The notes: a model not told the origin generated them from the letters alone. A DNA stretch of 29,929 nt from Candidatus Odinarchaeia archaeon (GCA_029856525.1 JAHQXC010000006.1:1-29929); one strand, 5' to 3'. Counted from the stretch's first letter, positions 17,144 through 27,985 are shown. A program made the numbers and translations.

Positions 17144-19894
17144 ATGCTGATTAAAGAGGATTTAAAAAGAATATTCGATGAAGAAAAATACAGGGTTGCC
17201 ATATTCAAAGAAGAGGGGTTCACGAGGAAAAAATGTAAGCGTTGCGGATCATACTTTTGGACTTTAGACGGGGATAGAGAGACATGCGGGGACACGGCCT
17301 GCGAGGGCGGTTACATATTTTTGAAGGATAATTATAAAATTAGAGAAATGAATTTAAATCAGACAGTAAAGCATTGGATGAATTACTTCACTAAAAAAGG
17401 TCATGTGAAAATAAAAGATTACCCTGTTGTAGCTAGATGGAGAGAAGACATCTTCTTCACTATAGCGTCGATAGCCGACTTTCAACCATGGGTTTTAAAC
17501 GGTACAGTAGATCCGCCCGCGCCCTCCTTAGTGGTAGCCCAGCCTTGTATAAGATTCGGGGGGAAAAGTTTCTGCGATATTGATAATGTAGGCAAAACAG
17601 GGAGACATTTAAGCTTATTTATAATGGGAGGACAGCATTCCTTTAACTCTAAGCTTAAAAACTTAAAAGGCTACTGGATGGATAAATGCATCGAACTCAA
17701 TTACGATTATTTAGTAAATGAGCTGAAACTGCCTGGAAATCAAATCACCTATAAAGAGGATGTCTGGCAGGGTGGAGGAAACTTCGGTCCGAGCTTAGAA
17801 GTTTTTTACAACGGATTGGAGATAGTGAACAATGTTTTCATGCAGTATGAATGCGATTCAACCGGCGAGTATAGAGAAATGGAGTTTAAAGTCATAGATG
17901 TAGGCTGGGGTTTAGAAAGGTTAACATGGTTATCAAGAAAAACCCTGAATATATATGAGGCTGTATTCAATACTATTACGGAACCTCTTAAAAAAACTGC
18001 TGAAGTGAATATTCCCCCTGATATCCTGCTAGAATATAATATTCTATCAGGCTGCATAGAAGCGGATAACAGTGAAAAGAATATTTTAACCCAGTCTAGA
18101 ATGCGTAGCCTAATTCAAGGATATGAACTGGAAATAGAGAAATTACAGGCGATTTATGCTATAGCAGATCATCTCCGCACATTTATATTCGCGCTAGCGG
18201 ATGGCGCTATACCTTCAAATGTAGGCGGCGGATATAATATTAGAACTCTTCTAAGAAGAGTTTTCTCATTGAAAAAAACCTATTTAAAGAATATAGATTT
18301 GATTGAAATATGCCTTGAACACATCAATACACTCAAAAAAACATACCCGCGCGTTCATAATTCAATACACCTTATAGAAGATATTATAAAAATAGAATTA
18401 GAAAGATACGAGAACACTATTGAGAAGGGGAGAAAATATATTCAAACTCTACTGGAGAAGGAGGGAGGTATATCAGAAGACAAAATGAGGGAGATATATG
18501 TTTCGAAGGGTATAACACCTGAAACTGTGAAAGAAATAGCGTTGGAACTAAATAAGCAGGTTACGGTACCATCCTCATTCTATTTGAATATTCCAAATAA
18601 AACTTCAGAGAAAGCTGTTAAAGACGATGACATTAAATTAAGAGATTACGTTAAGAATCTGCCTCCAACTAAAAAATTATATTATGAAAAACCATATGAT
18701 AAAAAGTTTAAAGCTAAAGTCATCAAAAATATTTTAAACAAATATATTATTCTCGACCAAACACTCTTCTACCCTGAAGGGGGAGGTCAGTTAGGCGATA
18801 ACGGGAGATTAAACAATCAACCGGTTATAAGAGCTTTTAAAATTTCCGATATAATACTCCACGAATTACAAACCCCTTATGAAATAAGTGAAGGGGTTGA
18901 AGTTGAAGGAGAGATTGATTGGAGTAGAAGACTACAGTTGATGAGAAATCATACAGCCGCGCATATCTTAAACAGCGCGGCGAGAAAGATACTTGGTAAA
19001 CATGTATGGCAGGCGGGAGCTGAGAAAACCCCTAGTAGAAGTAGACTTGACATAACACATTATAAACCGTTAACCAGAGAAGAAATTCTATCCATTGAAA
19101 AACTCTGCAACGAGATAATCCTAGAAAATAGAAAAGTCAAAATTAAAAATCTTGAGCGGAATATAGCTGAAAAAAAATACGGGTTTACAATTTACCAAGG
19201 CGGTGCGGTTCCTGGGAAGATTCTTAGAATAGTGGAAGTGGAGGGATGGGATGCTGAAGCCTGCGGTGGAACCCATGTAAAAAGAACAGGAGAGCTCGGT
19301 TTCATGAAAATAATTAACACTGAACGAATACAAGACGGTGTTATTCGATTAGAGTATCTTACAGGAAATGCAGCAGTCGATTATATTCAGCAACAGGATC
19401 AGGAGCTTCATAGAATAGCGGGGTTACTAGATGTACCAGTCAACCAGATTTACAGCGCGGTGGAAAAATTCTATAAGCTATCAAAAGAATTAAAGAAGAA
19501 AGTGGAGAGAATACAGAAAACGTCTAGCGTTGAAAACATTAACATGAAACTGGTTGAACGTTTAGGGGAAAACGAATTATACACGGGTTTAGTGGATGAC
19601 GCTACGATAAAAGATTTAATCAATATATGCGCTGGTATTAAAACCAGAATGAAAAATGCGATACTACTATTCTTCAGTAAAAGAGAGGGGATTAACATCG
19701 TTTTAATGATACCTGAAGAGATCGCTGAGAAAGCTAACGCCGGGCTAATTATAAAAGAAGATTTGAAAGAATTAAATGTGAAAGGCGGGGGAAACCCTGA
19801 GCTAGGTCAAGGAGTAGCGCCTATCGAAACAGATATAGAGAGAATTATAGAAAAAGTGAGGGTTATTCTAAAAAATAAATTAAATTCAAGGTAA
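17144..19894 (+). CDS. alaS: Alanine--tRNA ligase (archaeal type)
   Basis: N-terminal Cys cluster, YPVVARWR, QPCIRF, GWGLER, YAIADH, editing motifs HTAAH and EACGGTH, C-terminal GGG. Confidence 0.97.
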   Translation: MLIKEDLKRIFDEEKYRVAIFKEEGFTRKKCKRCGSYFWTLDGDRETCGDTACEGGYIFLKDNYKIREMNLNQTVKHWMNYFTKKGHVKIKDYPVVARWREDIFFTIASIADFQPWVLNGTVDPPAPSLVVAQPCIRFGGKSFCDIDNVGKTGRHLSLFIMGGQHSFNSKLKNLKGYWMDKCIELNYDYLVNELKLPGNQITYKEDVWQGGGNFGPSLEVFYNGLEIVNNVFMQYECDSTGEYREMEFKVIDVGWGLERLTWLSRKTLNIYEAVFNTITEPLKKTAEVNIPPDILLEYNILSGCIEADNSEKNILTQSRMRSLIQGYELEIEKLQAIYAIADHLRTFIFALADGAIPSNVGGGYNIRTLLRRVFSLKKTYLKNIDLIEICLEHINTLKKTYPRVHNSIHLIEDIIKIELERYENTIEKGRKYIQTLLEKEGGISEDKMREIYVSKGITPETVKEIALELNKQVTVPSSFYLNIPNKTSEKAVKDDDIKLRDYVKNLPPTKKLYYEKPYDKKFKAKVIKNILNKYIILDQTLFYPEGGGQLGDNGRLNNQPVIRAFKISDIILHELQTPYEISEGVEVEGEIDWSRRLQLMRNHTAAHILNSAARKILGKHVWQAGAEKTPSRSRLDITHYKPLTREEILSIEKLCNEIILENRKVKIKNLERNIAEKKYGFTIYQGGAVPGKILRIVEVEGWDAEACGGTHVKRTGELGFMKIINTERIQDGVIRLEYLTGNAAVDYIQQQDQELHRIAGLLDVPVNQIYSAVEKFYKLSKELKKKVERIQKTSSVENINMKLVERLGENELYTGLVDDATIKDLINICAGIKTRMKNAILLFFSKREGINIVLMIPEEIAEKANAGLIIKEDLKELNVKGGGNPELGQGVAPIETDIERIIEKVRVILKNKLNSR

Positions 19895-19901
19895 GGAATC
19901 G

Positions 19902-20549
19902 ATGAGGATAGATGTTTTATACGAGGCGGCGGAAGACCTCCGATTTCTATTATCTAGAGGGTATAATAAGGAGAGTGTTTTAAAGATCGTCGGAGACCGC
20001 TACCAGCTAGATAAATTAGAAAGGCATATAATATATAGAGGAGTATACCCTCATAATATCGCCGAACAGGTAGTTAAAAAAACCGTTACTTTAAGCGATC
20101 TTTCAGGTAAAGAACTAGCTATAGACGGATTCAACCAGCTTATAACCGTGGAGGCTATATTAAAAGGTGAAATAATAATTTTATGCGATGACGGTTTTAT
20201 AAGAGATGTAGCCGCTGTATTCGAGAAATTTAAGGCCACTGAGACCACTTTTAAAGCTTTAAATCTAATATTTAAAACGTTATCCGCGAACCCGCCTAAA
20301 AAAACATATTTCTACCTAGATAGCCCGATAAGTAAAAGCGGTAAATTAGCAGCCTTAATCAACAGCTACTTTGAACAATATAATGTTAAAGGTGAAGCTT
20401 CTGCTATTAAAAACGTTGATAAAGAGCTGATTTCAAAAGATGTGGTGGCTAGCAGCGACCATATCATAATAAGCAACGCGCAGAGAGTAATAGACCTAGC
20501 TAAAATTTTTCTAAACTTATATACAGGTCAAATAATATCTTTTAAATAG
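19902..20549 (+). CDS. DUF434-family protein (predicted PIN-like fold)
   Basis: DLRFLLSRGY, VGDRYQL, IDGFNQLITVE, DGFIRDVA, DSPISKSG, VVASSD; family assignment is by recognition, not by search. Confidence 0.75.
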   Translation: MRIDVLYEAAEDLRFLLSRGYNKESVLKIVGDRYQLDKLERHIIYRGVYPHNIAEQVVKKTVTLSDLSGKELAIDGFNQLITVEAILKGEIIILCDDGFIRDVAAVFEKFKATETTFKALNLIFKTLSANPPKKTYFYLDSPISKSGKLAALINSYFEQYNVKGEASAIKNVDKELISKDVVASSDHIIISNAQRVIDLAKIFLNLYTGQIISFK

Positions 20550-20608
20550 GATAATCTTTTAAATAATTAGCTGTTAAATTATTTCCAAGCAACCTAAATT
20601 ATTATTTA

Positions 20609-20683
20609 GGGCCCGTAGCCTAGCCAGGATAGGGCGCTGGCCTTCTAAGCCAGATGTCGCAGGTTCGAGTCCTGCCGGGCCCG
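20609..20683 (+). tRNA. tRNA-Arg(TCT); CCA not encoded
   Basis: GGGCCCG/CGGGCCC acceptor stem, anticodon arm CTGGC-CT-TCT-AA-GCCAG, T arm GCAGG-TTCGAGT-CCTGC. Confidence 0.96.
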
Positions 20684-20827
20684 CTCGCATAATAAAAGGC
20701 TTGAATTAAATCACGTACAGGTTAGTTTTAGCATTAACAGGTTTGAAACCTCATTATTCCTGTAATTAAATCTTATATTCTTTTAACTAAACTATCAGAT
20801 TCTGAGAATAAATATAGTTTATGAGAA

Positions 20828-21880
20828 GTGTTTAAAATGGTTAACTGCCTCTCTGTTAAGAAAATCTACGGTGAGAAAGCTAGAGTCTTTCTTATAAAAC
20901 ACAAGTTATTAAACGAAGAGTATAAAGTGAAGACTATAGGTGATAGAGTTTACTTCCCGATCAAAACTGATATTAGACTAGAGGAGGTACTCAAAGAATT
21001 ACCGGGCGCAGAGCTCTCAGATAACGTTTTCGAGTTGAAGGCTAAAACCCGCACTCCACCGCTTAGAGACCTTTTATCAACCAGTTTACCCGGGTATGAT
21101 AGGAGGTTACTTCCAAGATCTTATGATGTTATAGGAGATTTAATGCTAATTGAACTGAAAGAAGAACTATGGGGTGAAAGATTTAAAATAGGTTCAATTA
21201 TCAAAGAAAATTTTAAGCACATCCGTGGAGTGTTCGCTAAGAAAGGTATTACCGAAGGGGAGTTTAGAATTAGAGAGATTGAATGTATCAGCGGCGAATG
21301 CAACCCGGTAACCGTGCATGTAGAGAACGGGTGTAAATACCATCTTGACTTAACAAAAGTTTACTTTAATAATAGGTTAAGCTCTGAGAGGCTTAGAGTC
21401 GCGGAACAGGTTACACCGGCTGAAAACGTAGTGGATATGTTCGCGGGTGTAGGACCGTTCACGATTCTAATAGCTAAGAAAGGCGCTAAAGTCAATGCGA
21501 TAGATATTAACCCTGAAGCTATATTTTATCTTAAAAAAAATATTATTGAAAACCATGTTGAAGGAAACGTGAACGCTTTCCTAGGGAGAGCGGAGGAGAT
21601 AGTGGAAGAGTATTTGGTGAATAAAGCTGACAGAGTTATTATGAATTTACCCTCAAGTTCAATCAACTATCTGAAACATGCATGTAAAAGCTTAAAGGAA
21701 AAAGGCGGAGTAGTTCACCTATATTTTTTCAGCGGCTTGAAAGAGTTAGATTTAAAACTTAGACAAGTAGAGCTTCTCATTAAAGAATCAGCTTACGATA
21801 TTAAAGAGAAAACTATTAGAAGAGTTCGAGAGATCGCCCCGTTCAAATATATTTATGTTTTAGATTTAACTCTTCACTGA
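20828..21880 (+). CDS. trm5: tRNA (guanine37-N1)-methyltransferase, Trm5b/c type
   Basis: N-terminal D1 domain, SYDVIGD, YFNNRLSSER, DMFAGVGPF, DINP, RVIMNLP; start may be ATG 20837. Confidence 0.88.
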   Translation: MFKMVNCLSVKKIYGEKARVFLIKHKLLNEEYKVKTIGDRVYFPIKTDIRLEEVLKELPGAELSDNVFELKAKTRTPPLRDLLSTSLPGYDRRLLPRSYDVIGDLMLIELKEELWGERFKIGSIIKENFKHIRGVFAKKGITEGEFRIREIECISGECNPVTVHVENGCKYHLDLTKVYFNNRLSSERLRVAEQVTPAENVVDMFAGVGPFTILIAKKGAKVNAIDINPEAIFYLKKNIIENHVEGNVNAFLGRAEEIVEEYLVNKADRVIMNLPSSSINYLKHACKSLKEKGGVVHLYFFSGLKELDLKLRQVELLIKESAYDIKEKTIRRVREIAPFKYIYVLDLTLH

Positions 21881-22305
21881 ATAACATCTATTATTATCTC
21901 TAAGATTGTGTCAGGTTTTTTAAGAAGTTTTTTAAATTCAGGTGAGAGATCTGCAGCGGCTTTATTAGAGCCTATCATAATAGTTCGATTACAAGTGTAA
22001 AGGCTCTTACGGCATACAATATCAGTAGGGTGAGTTAAAGTAAGCTTCGAAGACCCGAAGCCTTCTAATACTTCAACCAGTGAACAAGCTTTAACTGTTA
22101 TCCTAATAACAGCTCCATCCCTTCTAATAGCCTGCTTAAACTTATCTGAAAGCTCCACTAGACTTTTAGACGCGCTTACCCCTATTATACAAGTAGCTCT
22201 TTTTGAGATATTCTCGTCTTTAGTGAATTCTAAAGTTGTTTTATGCATAGCGGTAATATTAGGATGACCTTTAGCAGATAATTTTTCTCTAAGCAAGATG
22301 ATCAC
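21874..22305 (-). CDS. DUF371-family protein
   Basis: AKGHPNITAMHKTTLEFTKD...TCIIGV...RKS...RTIMI.SNKAAADL. Confidence 0.85.
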   Translation of the reverse strand: MIILLREKLSAKGHPNITAMHKTTLEFTKDENISKRATCIIGVSASKSLVELSDKFKQAIRRDGAVIRITVKACSLVEVLEGFGSSKLTLTHPTDIVCRKSLYTCNRTIMIGSNKAAADLSPEFKKLLKKPDTILEIIIDVIQ

Positions 22306-22324
22306 GCTATAAGAGGCTGTGAAG

Positions 22325-23947
22325 CTACTTTAAAACGTCATCCAACCCCCAGTAATAGGCTGGATCGGTTTCAATATCTAGAATACCAGGCTTCTCAGAC
22401 TCCAATAATTTAACCATCTTATCCTCTAGTTCACTTGGTTCTCTAACGCTGAAACCTACACCACCGCATGTTACTGCGAAAGACGCGAAGTCGGGGTTTA
22501 AGAGATCAACGCCGAATTTAGGGAGAGCGGCTTCCGCTTGTTCATGACGTATCATAGACAGCTCCCTATTATTGAATACAAGAATTTTAACTGGAAGATT
22601 ATATTTCACCGCCGTGGTGAAGTCAGCCATCACCATTGAGAAAGCACCATCCCCTGTTATAACAATACACTGTTCATCCGGATAAGCTAGCTGAGATGCA
22701 AGCCCGGCTGCGAAACCGAACCCCATAGCTCCGAGATAACCTGATATCAGTAAACGCTGCGTACCGAACATTCTAAAATGTCTACCAAACCACCAGGAGT
22801 TATCACCAACATCTATCGAGATGATAGCGTTTTTATCCGCCAAAGTATTAAGCGTGGCTAAAATTTTAGCTGGGTGTAAAGGTTTAGCGCTATTCTCCGA
22901 ATCTTTTTTCAAAACAGCATCCCAATCTTTTCTTAAACTAACTATCACATTTTTAATATCCGTTGAATCACGGGGTTGAACTCTCTCAATGAGATCCGGT
23001 AGTGTGTCTTCAACACTACCATACAATCCAAGTTCAACAGGGAATCTTTTACCTATATTCATCGGATCATAGTCTACTTGAATCGTTTTAATATTCATCG
23101 GGATCCCTGTCTCCTTAGAATATGAGGAGCCTAATACAACTAGCAGGTCAGCGTTATTAACGATTTCTCTTGCAAGTCTCGTCCCCACGCTGCCTAGTAC
23201 ACCTAAAGAAAGCGGGTGGTATTCTGAGATAACACCCTTCGCTCTAAAAGTTGTAGCTATCGGCGCCCCTATTTTCTCAGCTAAACTTATAATAAGATTA
23301 GCAGCGTGTCTACTACCCCAGCCAGCGATTATAACAGGTTTAGAGGCTTCATTAATCATTTTAACAGCTTCATCTATTAAAAAACCGGGGGGTTTTATCC
23401 TATAAGCCGGTATTCTTTTAGAGAACTTGATTATTTTACTTGTTGAAACACTTCTTTGAATATTAGTCGGTATACTTAGAGTTGAAACACCGCGGTTTAA
23501 AATAGCGGTTTTAGCGGCTAAAACAACCATTTCAGCCGCTTCCTGTGGAGTTGTAATAGTCTTATTAAAATATGACACGGATTCAAATAACGCTTTTAAA
23601 TCAATCTCTTGGAGGGTGTGAGTCCCCAAGAATTGGGGTTCAACCTGACCGGTTAAAGCTAAAACAGGAGCCCTATCCATTTTAGCATCGTATAAGCCTG
23701 TTAATAGATTAGTAGCACCCGGGCCTGCTATAGAAGTGCAAACTCCAAGCTGATCTGTTAATTTAGCGTAAGCGGATGCGGCTAAAGCAGCGGTTGCTTC
23801 ATGTCTGAAGAGAATGAAGTTAAGATTCCCGTTAACTCGTATAGCATCAACTATATCCAGGTTAGTGTAGCCTGGTAATCCGAAAATATATTTAACACCT
23901 ATCTCCTCCAATTGGCTTATTATTATATCCGCGACTCTTTTAGACAC
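22325..23947 (-). CDS. Thiamine-pyrophosphate enzyme, pyruvate oxidase (PoxB)/acetolactate-synthase-like superfamily
   Basis: FGLPG, RHE, GPGATN, LQEIDL, GDGAFSM...NN TPP motif; substrate uncertain. Confidence 0.85.
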   Translation of the reverse strand: MSKRVADIIISQLEEIGVKYIFGLPGYTNLDIVDAIRVNGNLNFILFRHEATAALAASAYAKLTDQLGVCTSIAGPGATNLLTGLYDAKMDRAPVLALTGQVEPQFLGTHTLQEIDLKALFESVSYFNKTITTPQEAAEMVVLAAKTAILNRGVSTLSIPTNIQRSVSTSKIIKFSKRIPAYRIKPPGFLIDEAVKMINEASKPVIIAGWGSRHAANLIISLAEKIGAPIATTFRAKGVISEYHPLSLGVLGSVGTRLAREIVNNADLLVVLGSSYSKETGIPMNIKTIQVDYDPMNIGKRFPVELGLYGSVEDTLPDLIERVQPRDSTDIKNVIVSLRKDWDAVLKKDSENSAKPLHPAKILATLNTLADKNAIISIDVGDNSWWFGRHFRMFGTQRLLISGYLGAMGFGFAAGLASQLAYPDEQCIVITGDGAFSMVMADFTTAVKYNLPVKILVFNNRELSMIRHEQAEAALPKFGVDLLNPDFASFAVTCGGVGFSVREPSELEDKMVKLLESEKPGILDIETDPAYYWGLDDVLK

Positions 23948-24061
23948 TTAACCTTCACCTTAAATAGCTGCTGATTAAAACTATTATATGAGTGATAAAA
24001 TTAATTAACATAGTGGAGAAGATTATTGAAAACTTGAGGCGCTACGGATGGTTGTTTAAAT

Positions 24062-24754
24062 TTGAATAAAGAGGAGTTTGAGAAACAGCGCTTAATTGTT
24101 TTAGAGCGGTTAATCAGATCAGGCGTAGTTAAATCTAAACGGGTTAAAAACGCGTTTCTAAAAGTTCCTAGAGAGGACTTTCTACCTAGAAAATTAAGGT
24201 TAAGAGCCTACGAGGATACTCCTCTACCTATAGGATGGGGGCAAACAATATCCGCTATTCACATGGTTTTAATAATGTTAGAGGAGCTTAAGCTTTCTAA
24301 AGGATTAAAAGTTCTAGAGATAGGGACAGGCAGCGGTTATCACGCTGCGTTATGCGCTGAGCTTATTAAGTCTAACAGTAAAGGTTGTGTTTACACGGTT
24401 GAGAGAATAAAACCGCTTGCGGTTTTCGCTTTAAAAAATATAGTTAAAACAGGCTACCGTAAATGGGTTAGAGTATTCCACCGTGATGGAAGTAAAGGTC
24501 TGCCTGAAAAAGCCCCTTTTGATAGAATACTAGTCACAGCCGCCTCTCCCTGCATTCCTCCCCCACTCATAGAACAGTTAAATGATCCGGGGATTATGGT
24601 GATTCCTGTAGGAGGTCTACATTTATGGCAGGATCTGGTGGTTGTGGAAAAAATAAAAGGTAGAATAAAACAGGTTAACAGAGGAGGAGTTGCGTTCGTT
24701 CCTCTTATAGGTGAATATGGTTTTAAATATGGAGATGAAATAACAGATAATTAA
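24062..24754 (+). CDS. pcm: Protein-L-isoaspartate O-methyltransferase
   Basis: VPREDF, AYEDTPLPIGWGQTISA.HMV, LEIGTGSGY, APFDRILVTA, FVPLIG. Confidence 0.95.
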   Translation: MNKEEFEKQRLIVLERLIRSGVVKSKRVKNAFLKVPREDFLPRKLRLRAYEDTPLPIGWGQTISAIHMVLIMLEELKLSKGLKVLEIGTGSGYHAALCAELIKSNSKGCVYTVERIKPLAVFALKNIVKTGYRKWVRVFHRDGSKGLPEKAPFDRILVTAASPCIPPPLIEQLNDPGIMVIPVGGLHLWQDLVVVEKIKGRIKQVNRGGVAFVPLIGEYGFKYGDEITDN

Positions 24755-24833
24755 ATAAGAATGTAATTATAAAATAAACTTTCAAGATTAAATATTAACT
24801 CAACATATTATTTTAACAGAGGAGGATATATCT

Positions 24834-25466
24834 TTGAAAAATGTAGATGAGCTGATTTCGAAGACGAGGGAATTAGTTGAGAAAGGATTAACTACAGAAG
24901 AGATAGCTAACAGATTGAATGTTCAACTAGACACAGCTGCATGGCTGAAAATGCATGCTAAAAAGGGAACTTTAGCTAAGGCCCCGCCTGAGCCTGTAGA
25001 CGTCTATGCTGATTGGAGCCAGATCGGTTTAAGCTTTATCAGAGTAGAGTACGCAGGGTTAATGCTAGCTGATTTAGCTATGGAGAACATTGAGAAAGGG
25101 GTATTTCAAGAACCTGATATTGTTGCGGGTGTAGATGTCGACGGGGGGCCTATAGCGCTTATAGTAGCCAGAGAATTAGGGAAGCCCCTAGCGTTGTTAA
25201 GACAGCAGTATATAATGGAAGGGGATAAACGGTTTGAAACCGTTATCGAGGAGTCGAGTTTCTCGGAGATAAAAAGTAAAAAAGTCATGTTAGTTGACGA
25301 TGTTCTAACTACAGGTGCGAGAATAAAATTAATAAGCGAGTTCGCTAAGGAGCGGAGTGCTGAAATAGTCGGCGCTGTGATATTAATAGATAAGAAAGGC
25401 GTGGAAAACGTAGCAGGTATCCCTGTTAAAAGCCTTATTAAAATCCTTCCGTTAATGAGAACTTAA
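24834..25466 (+). CDS. gfcR: GfcR-like regulator (N-terminal HTH fused to an orotate-PRTase-like domain)
   Basis: LISKTRELVEKGLTTEEIANRLNV..TAAWL, VYADWSQIG, VDDVLTTG. Confidence 0.8.
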   Translation: MKNVDELISKTRELVEKGLTTEEIANRLNVQLDTAAWLKMHAKKGTLAKAPPEPVDVYADWSQIGLSFIRVEYAGLMLADLAMENIEKGVFQEPDIVAGVDVDGGPIALIVARELGKPLALLRQQYIMEGDKRFETVIEESSFSEIKSKKVMLVDDVLTTGARIKLISEFAKERSAEIVGAVILIDKKGVENVAGIPVKSLIKILPLMRT

Positions 25467-26675
25467 TCAATCTTCTTTAATAATGCTATAAAAAATCCAG
25501 GTGTATCTTGAACATCCGGATAGAATCGTAAGCATAGCGATAAATCAGGGTAGTCTTCAGAAAGCTCGCCTTTAAAAGCTGGCTTAAAAAGCGGTTCCTG
25601 AATCTTGAAACCAAGGTGTTCACAGGCGAATTCCACCACTAATTCATTCTCATAATATGGAATCGTGCAGGTACTATATACTAGAAGACCGCCGGGCTTG
25701 ATCATTTTAGAAGCTGTCTTAAAAAGTTGTATTTGATATTTTGAAAGATCAATTGAACGTTGTAATTCAACAGTATCATAGATTTTCGGCCTGTGGCCTA
25801 GACTTGTACAGGGCGGGTCGAGGAGGATTTTATCAAATTTCATAGTATACTCGTCGGCTAGTAGCCTAGCATCCATGTTGATTAACTTCACGTTGTGGAC
25901 TCCTAACCTGGTAATATGATCTCGAAGCGTCTTCAGCCGGTTAGATGAACGATCACACGCTACTATAACCCCTTTATTATTCATCAGCTGCGCTATATGC
26001 GTTGTTTTACCTCCGGGTGCCGCGCACATATCGAGAATCAGTTCACCTGGTTTAGGGGCTAGAATATGCCCGACTATTATTGACGGATAGGATTGATCGA
26101 ATATTAAGCCTTCACGGTATACTGTAAGCTCTCTAAGCTGGGGCATAGTGTAAATTGATTCTAATATTTGAACGGCTACTCCTTGCCTTTTCTTAAATAT
26201 TTCAGAAGCATCTAATAACTGGACGCCGTATGCTACAGGCGGCCCTCTCGGCGGGGTTATACTCACATAATCGCCGCGCGTCGACTCTCCTACGTTAAGA
26301 ACACCCTTAGAGTAGAGATGAGCGCCGAGTAATACGCTTTCAGCGGCGAAATTTATCAGCCACTATAATTTTATCTGACTCTCTTATCGTGTTAGGGCCT
26401 TTTATAGGAATGTAAACGATATCGTTGAATTCTCTATCAACTAAGACATCTATGCTTTGAGCTTGAAGCATTTCTTTCAGATCTTGAGATGTGGTTTTAA
26501 GCGTGTTTACTCTTAACGCGTATTTTTCAACAGGTGTTTTAAGATTATGTAAAATTTTAACCGCTCTTTCAGCTCCATAAGTATCGAACAGGAACTCTAC
26601 GAGTGAAAACTTGAAATCGTATTCTTCAGCCGCATAATATATATCGGATACCCCGTACATTAATAACACGCTCAC
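25463..26675 (-). pseudogene. PUA-domain NSUN/RsmB RNA m5C methyltransferase (NSUN6-like) split by a single extra base at about 26350; pseudogene, sequencing error or +1 recoded gene
   Basis: ORF 26675-26340 ends VADKFRR*. The +1 frame continues FAAESVLLGAHLYSKGV...GDYVSIT into ORF 26266-25463, which carries DMCAAPGGKT, DPPC and YSTCT. Joining gives a normal VADKFAAESVLLGA junction. Confidence 0.85.
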
Positions 26676-27940
26676 TCCGTTCCAAGATGGTAGCTAGAAA
26701 GATAGGCGATCTGTTTCTCTGTAAGCTTATCGATCTTAATATTTAACGATTCTAGTTTTAACCGGGCGACCTGTTCATCTATCTCTAAAGGAACATTATA
26801 CACGTCAGGTTTTAATTCTCTCCCATGTTTTATGATATACTCCACTGATAAAGCTTGATCTGAGAAAGACATATCCATTACTTCACTGGGATGCCCTTCA
26901 GCGGCTGCTAGATTCACTAGACGCCCTTCAGCTAAAAGGTATATTCTCCTACCATTTGGTAGAAGATACTCGTCCACGTTTGGTCTTATAGTTCTCTTAC
27001 GTTTAGCGGTTTTCTCAAGATCGTTCACATCTATTTCGACATTGAAATGCCCTGTATTACAAATAATCGCTCCATCTTTCATTTTCTGCATGTGCTCTAT
27101 TCTGATTACACTAGTGTTACCGGTAGCTGTGATAAATATGTCGCCTATTTTAGCAGCCTCCTCCATGGTCATAACGCGATAACCGTCCATTAAAGCTCTT
27201 AAAGCTTTAACCGGGTCTATTTCTGTCACTATAACGTGAGCCCCCATCCCCTTAGCTCTTAAAGCTACTCCTCTACCGCAGTGGCCGTAACCGGCTACTA
27301 CGAAATTTTTACCGGCTAGTAGGATGCTGGTGGCGCGTAGAATGCCGTCTATTGAGCTTTGACCTGTACCGTAAACGTTATCGAAATCCCATTTTGTTGG
27401 AGTATCGTTGACGGCGATCATAGGGTATTTGAGAACTTTATCTTTAGCCATCATTCTAAGCCGGATTACGCCGGTTGTCGTTTCCTCGCATCCGCCTATA
27501 ATATTTTCAAGCAACTCTCTTCTAGACGAATGAACTGTGTTGACTAGATCACCGCCATCGTCTAAAGTCACATGTGGTTTGAAATCTAGAACTCTATTCA
27601 TCAGTCGATAGTACTCCTCTTTACTTTCACCGCGCCATGCGAAAACGTTAACACCCTCTTCGACTAGCGCTGCGGCGACATCATCCTGGGTTGAAAGAGG
27701 GTTTGAAGCGCATAAAGCCACTTCCGCTCCAGCTGCTTTAAGAGTTTTAACTAATACAGCTGTTTCCTTTGTAACGTGAAGACATGCCGCTATCCTGTAA
27801 CCTTTCAAAGGTTTCTCGTCTTGAAAACGCTTCTTTATAAGATTTAAAACAGGCATATGGTTCTCAGTCCATTCAATAGTTAATTTGCCTTTATCAGCTA
27901 AACTAGGATCTTTTATCTCTGATTCAATCATTTTAAACAC
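26672..27940 (-). CDS. ahcY: Adenosylhomocysteinase
   Basis: [51 protein letters not shown]. Confidence 0.97.
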   Translation of the reverse strand: MFKMIESEIKDPSLADKGKLTIEWTENHMPVLNLIKKRFQDEKPLKGYRIAACLHVTKETAVLVKTLKAAGAEVALCASNPLSTQDDVAAALVEEGVNVFAWRGESKEEYYRLMNRVLDFKPHVTLDDGGDLVNTVHSSRRELLENIIGGCEETTTGVIRLRMMAKDKVLKYPMIAVNDTPTKWDFDNVYGTGQSSIDGILRATSILLAGKNFVVAGYGHCGRGVALRAKGMGAHVIVTEIDPVKALRALMDGYRVMTMEEAAKIGDIFITATGNTSVIRIEHMQKMKDGAIICNTGHFNVEIDVNDLEKTAKRKRTIRPNVDEYLLPNGRRIYLLAEGRLVNLAAAEGHPSEVMDMSFSDQALSVEYIIKHGRELKPDVYNVPLEIDEQVARLKLESLNIKIDKLTEKQIAYLSSYHLGTE

Positions 27941-27985
27941 CTATCACGGGATAACTGGTATTCTATGAAATTTAACTATTTATTT

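Noticed and set aside
20816-20830. Partial match (ATGAGAA) to the predicted omega-RNA guide upstream of trm5
   Set aside because: Only 7 nt match and the preceding 5-mer is AGTTT, not the predicted TAM.
26340-26342. Selenocysteine or readthrough at the UGA of the split methyltransferase
   Set aside because: The downstream half is in a different frame, so readthrough cannot join the two parts.
1318-27547. Short overlapping ORFs in the track (e.g. 1318-1566, 1971-2225, 7076-7258, 7349-7693, 8653-8985, 10429-10710, 10735-11076, 11146-11340, 13943-14155, 14602-14901, 15403-15705, 16143-16421, 17050-17295, 17806-18057, 19121-19333, 19471-19698, 20051-20248, 21121-21303, 25106-25288, 27359-27547)
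   Set aside because: All lie antisense to well-supported genes and lack motifs.
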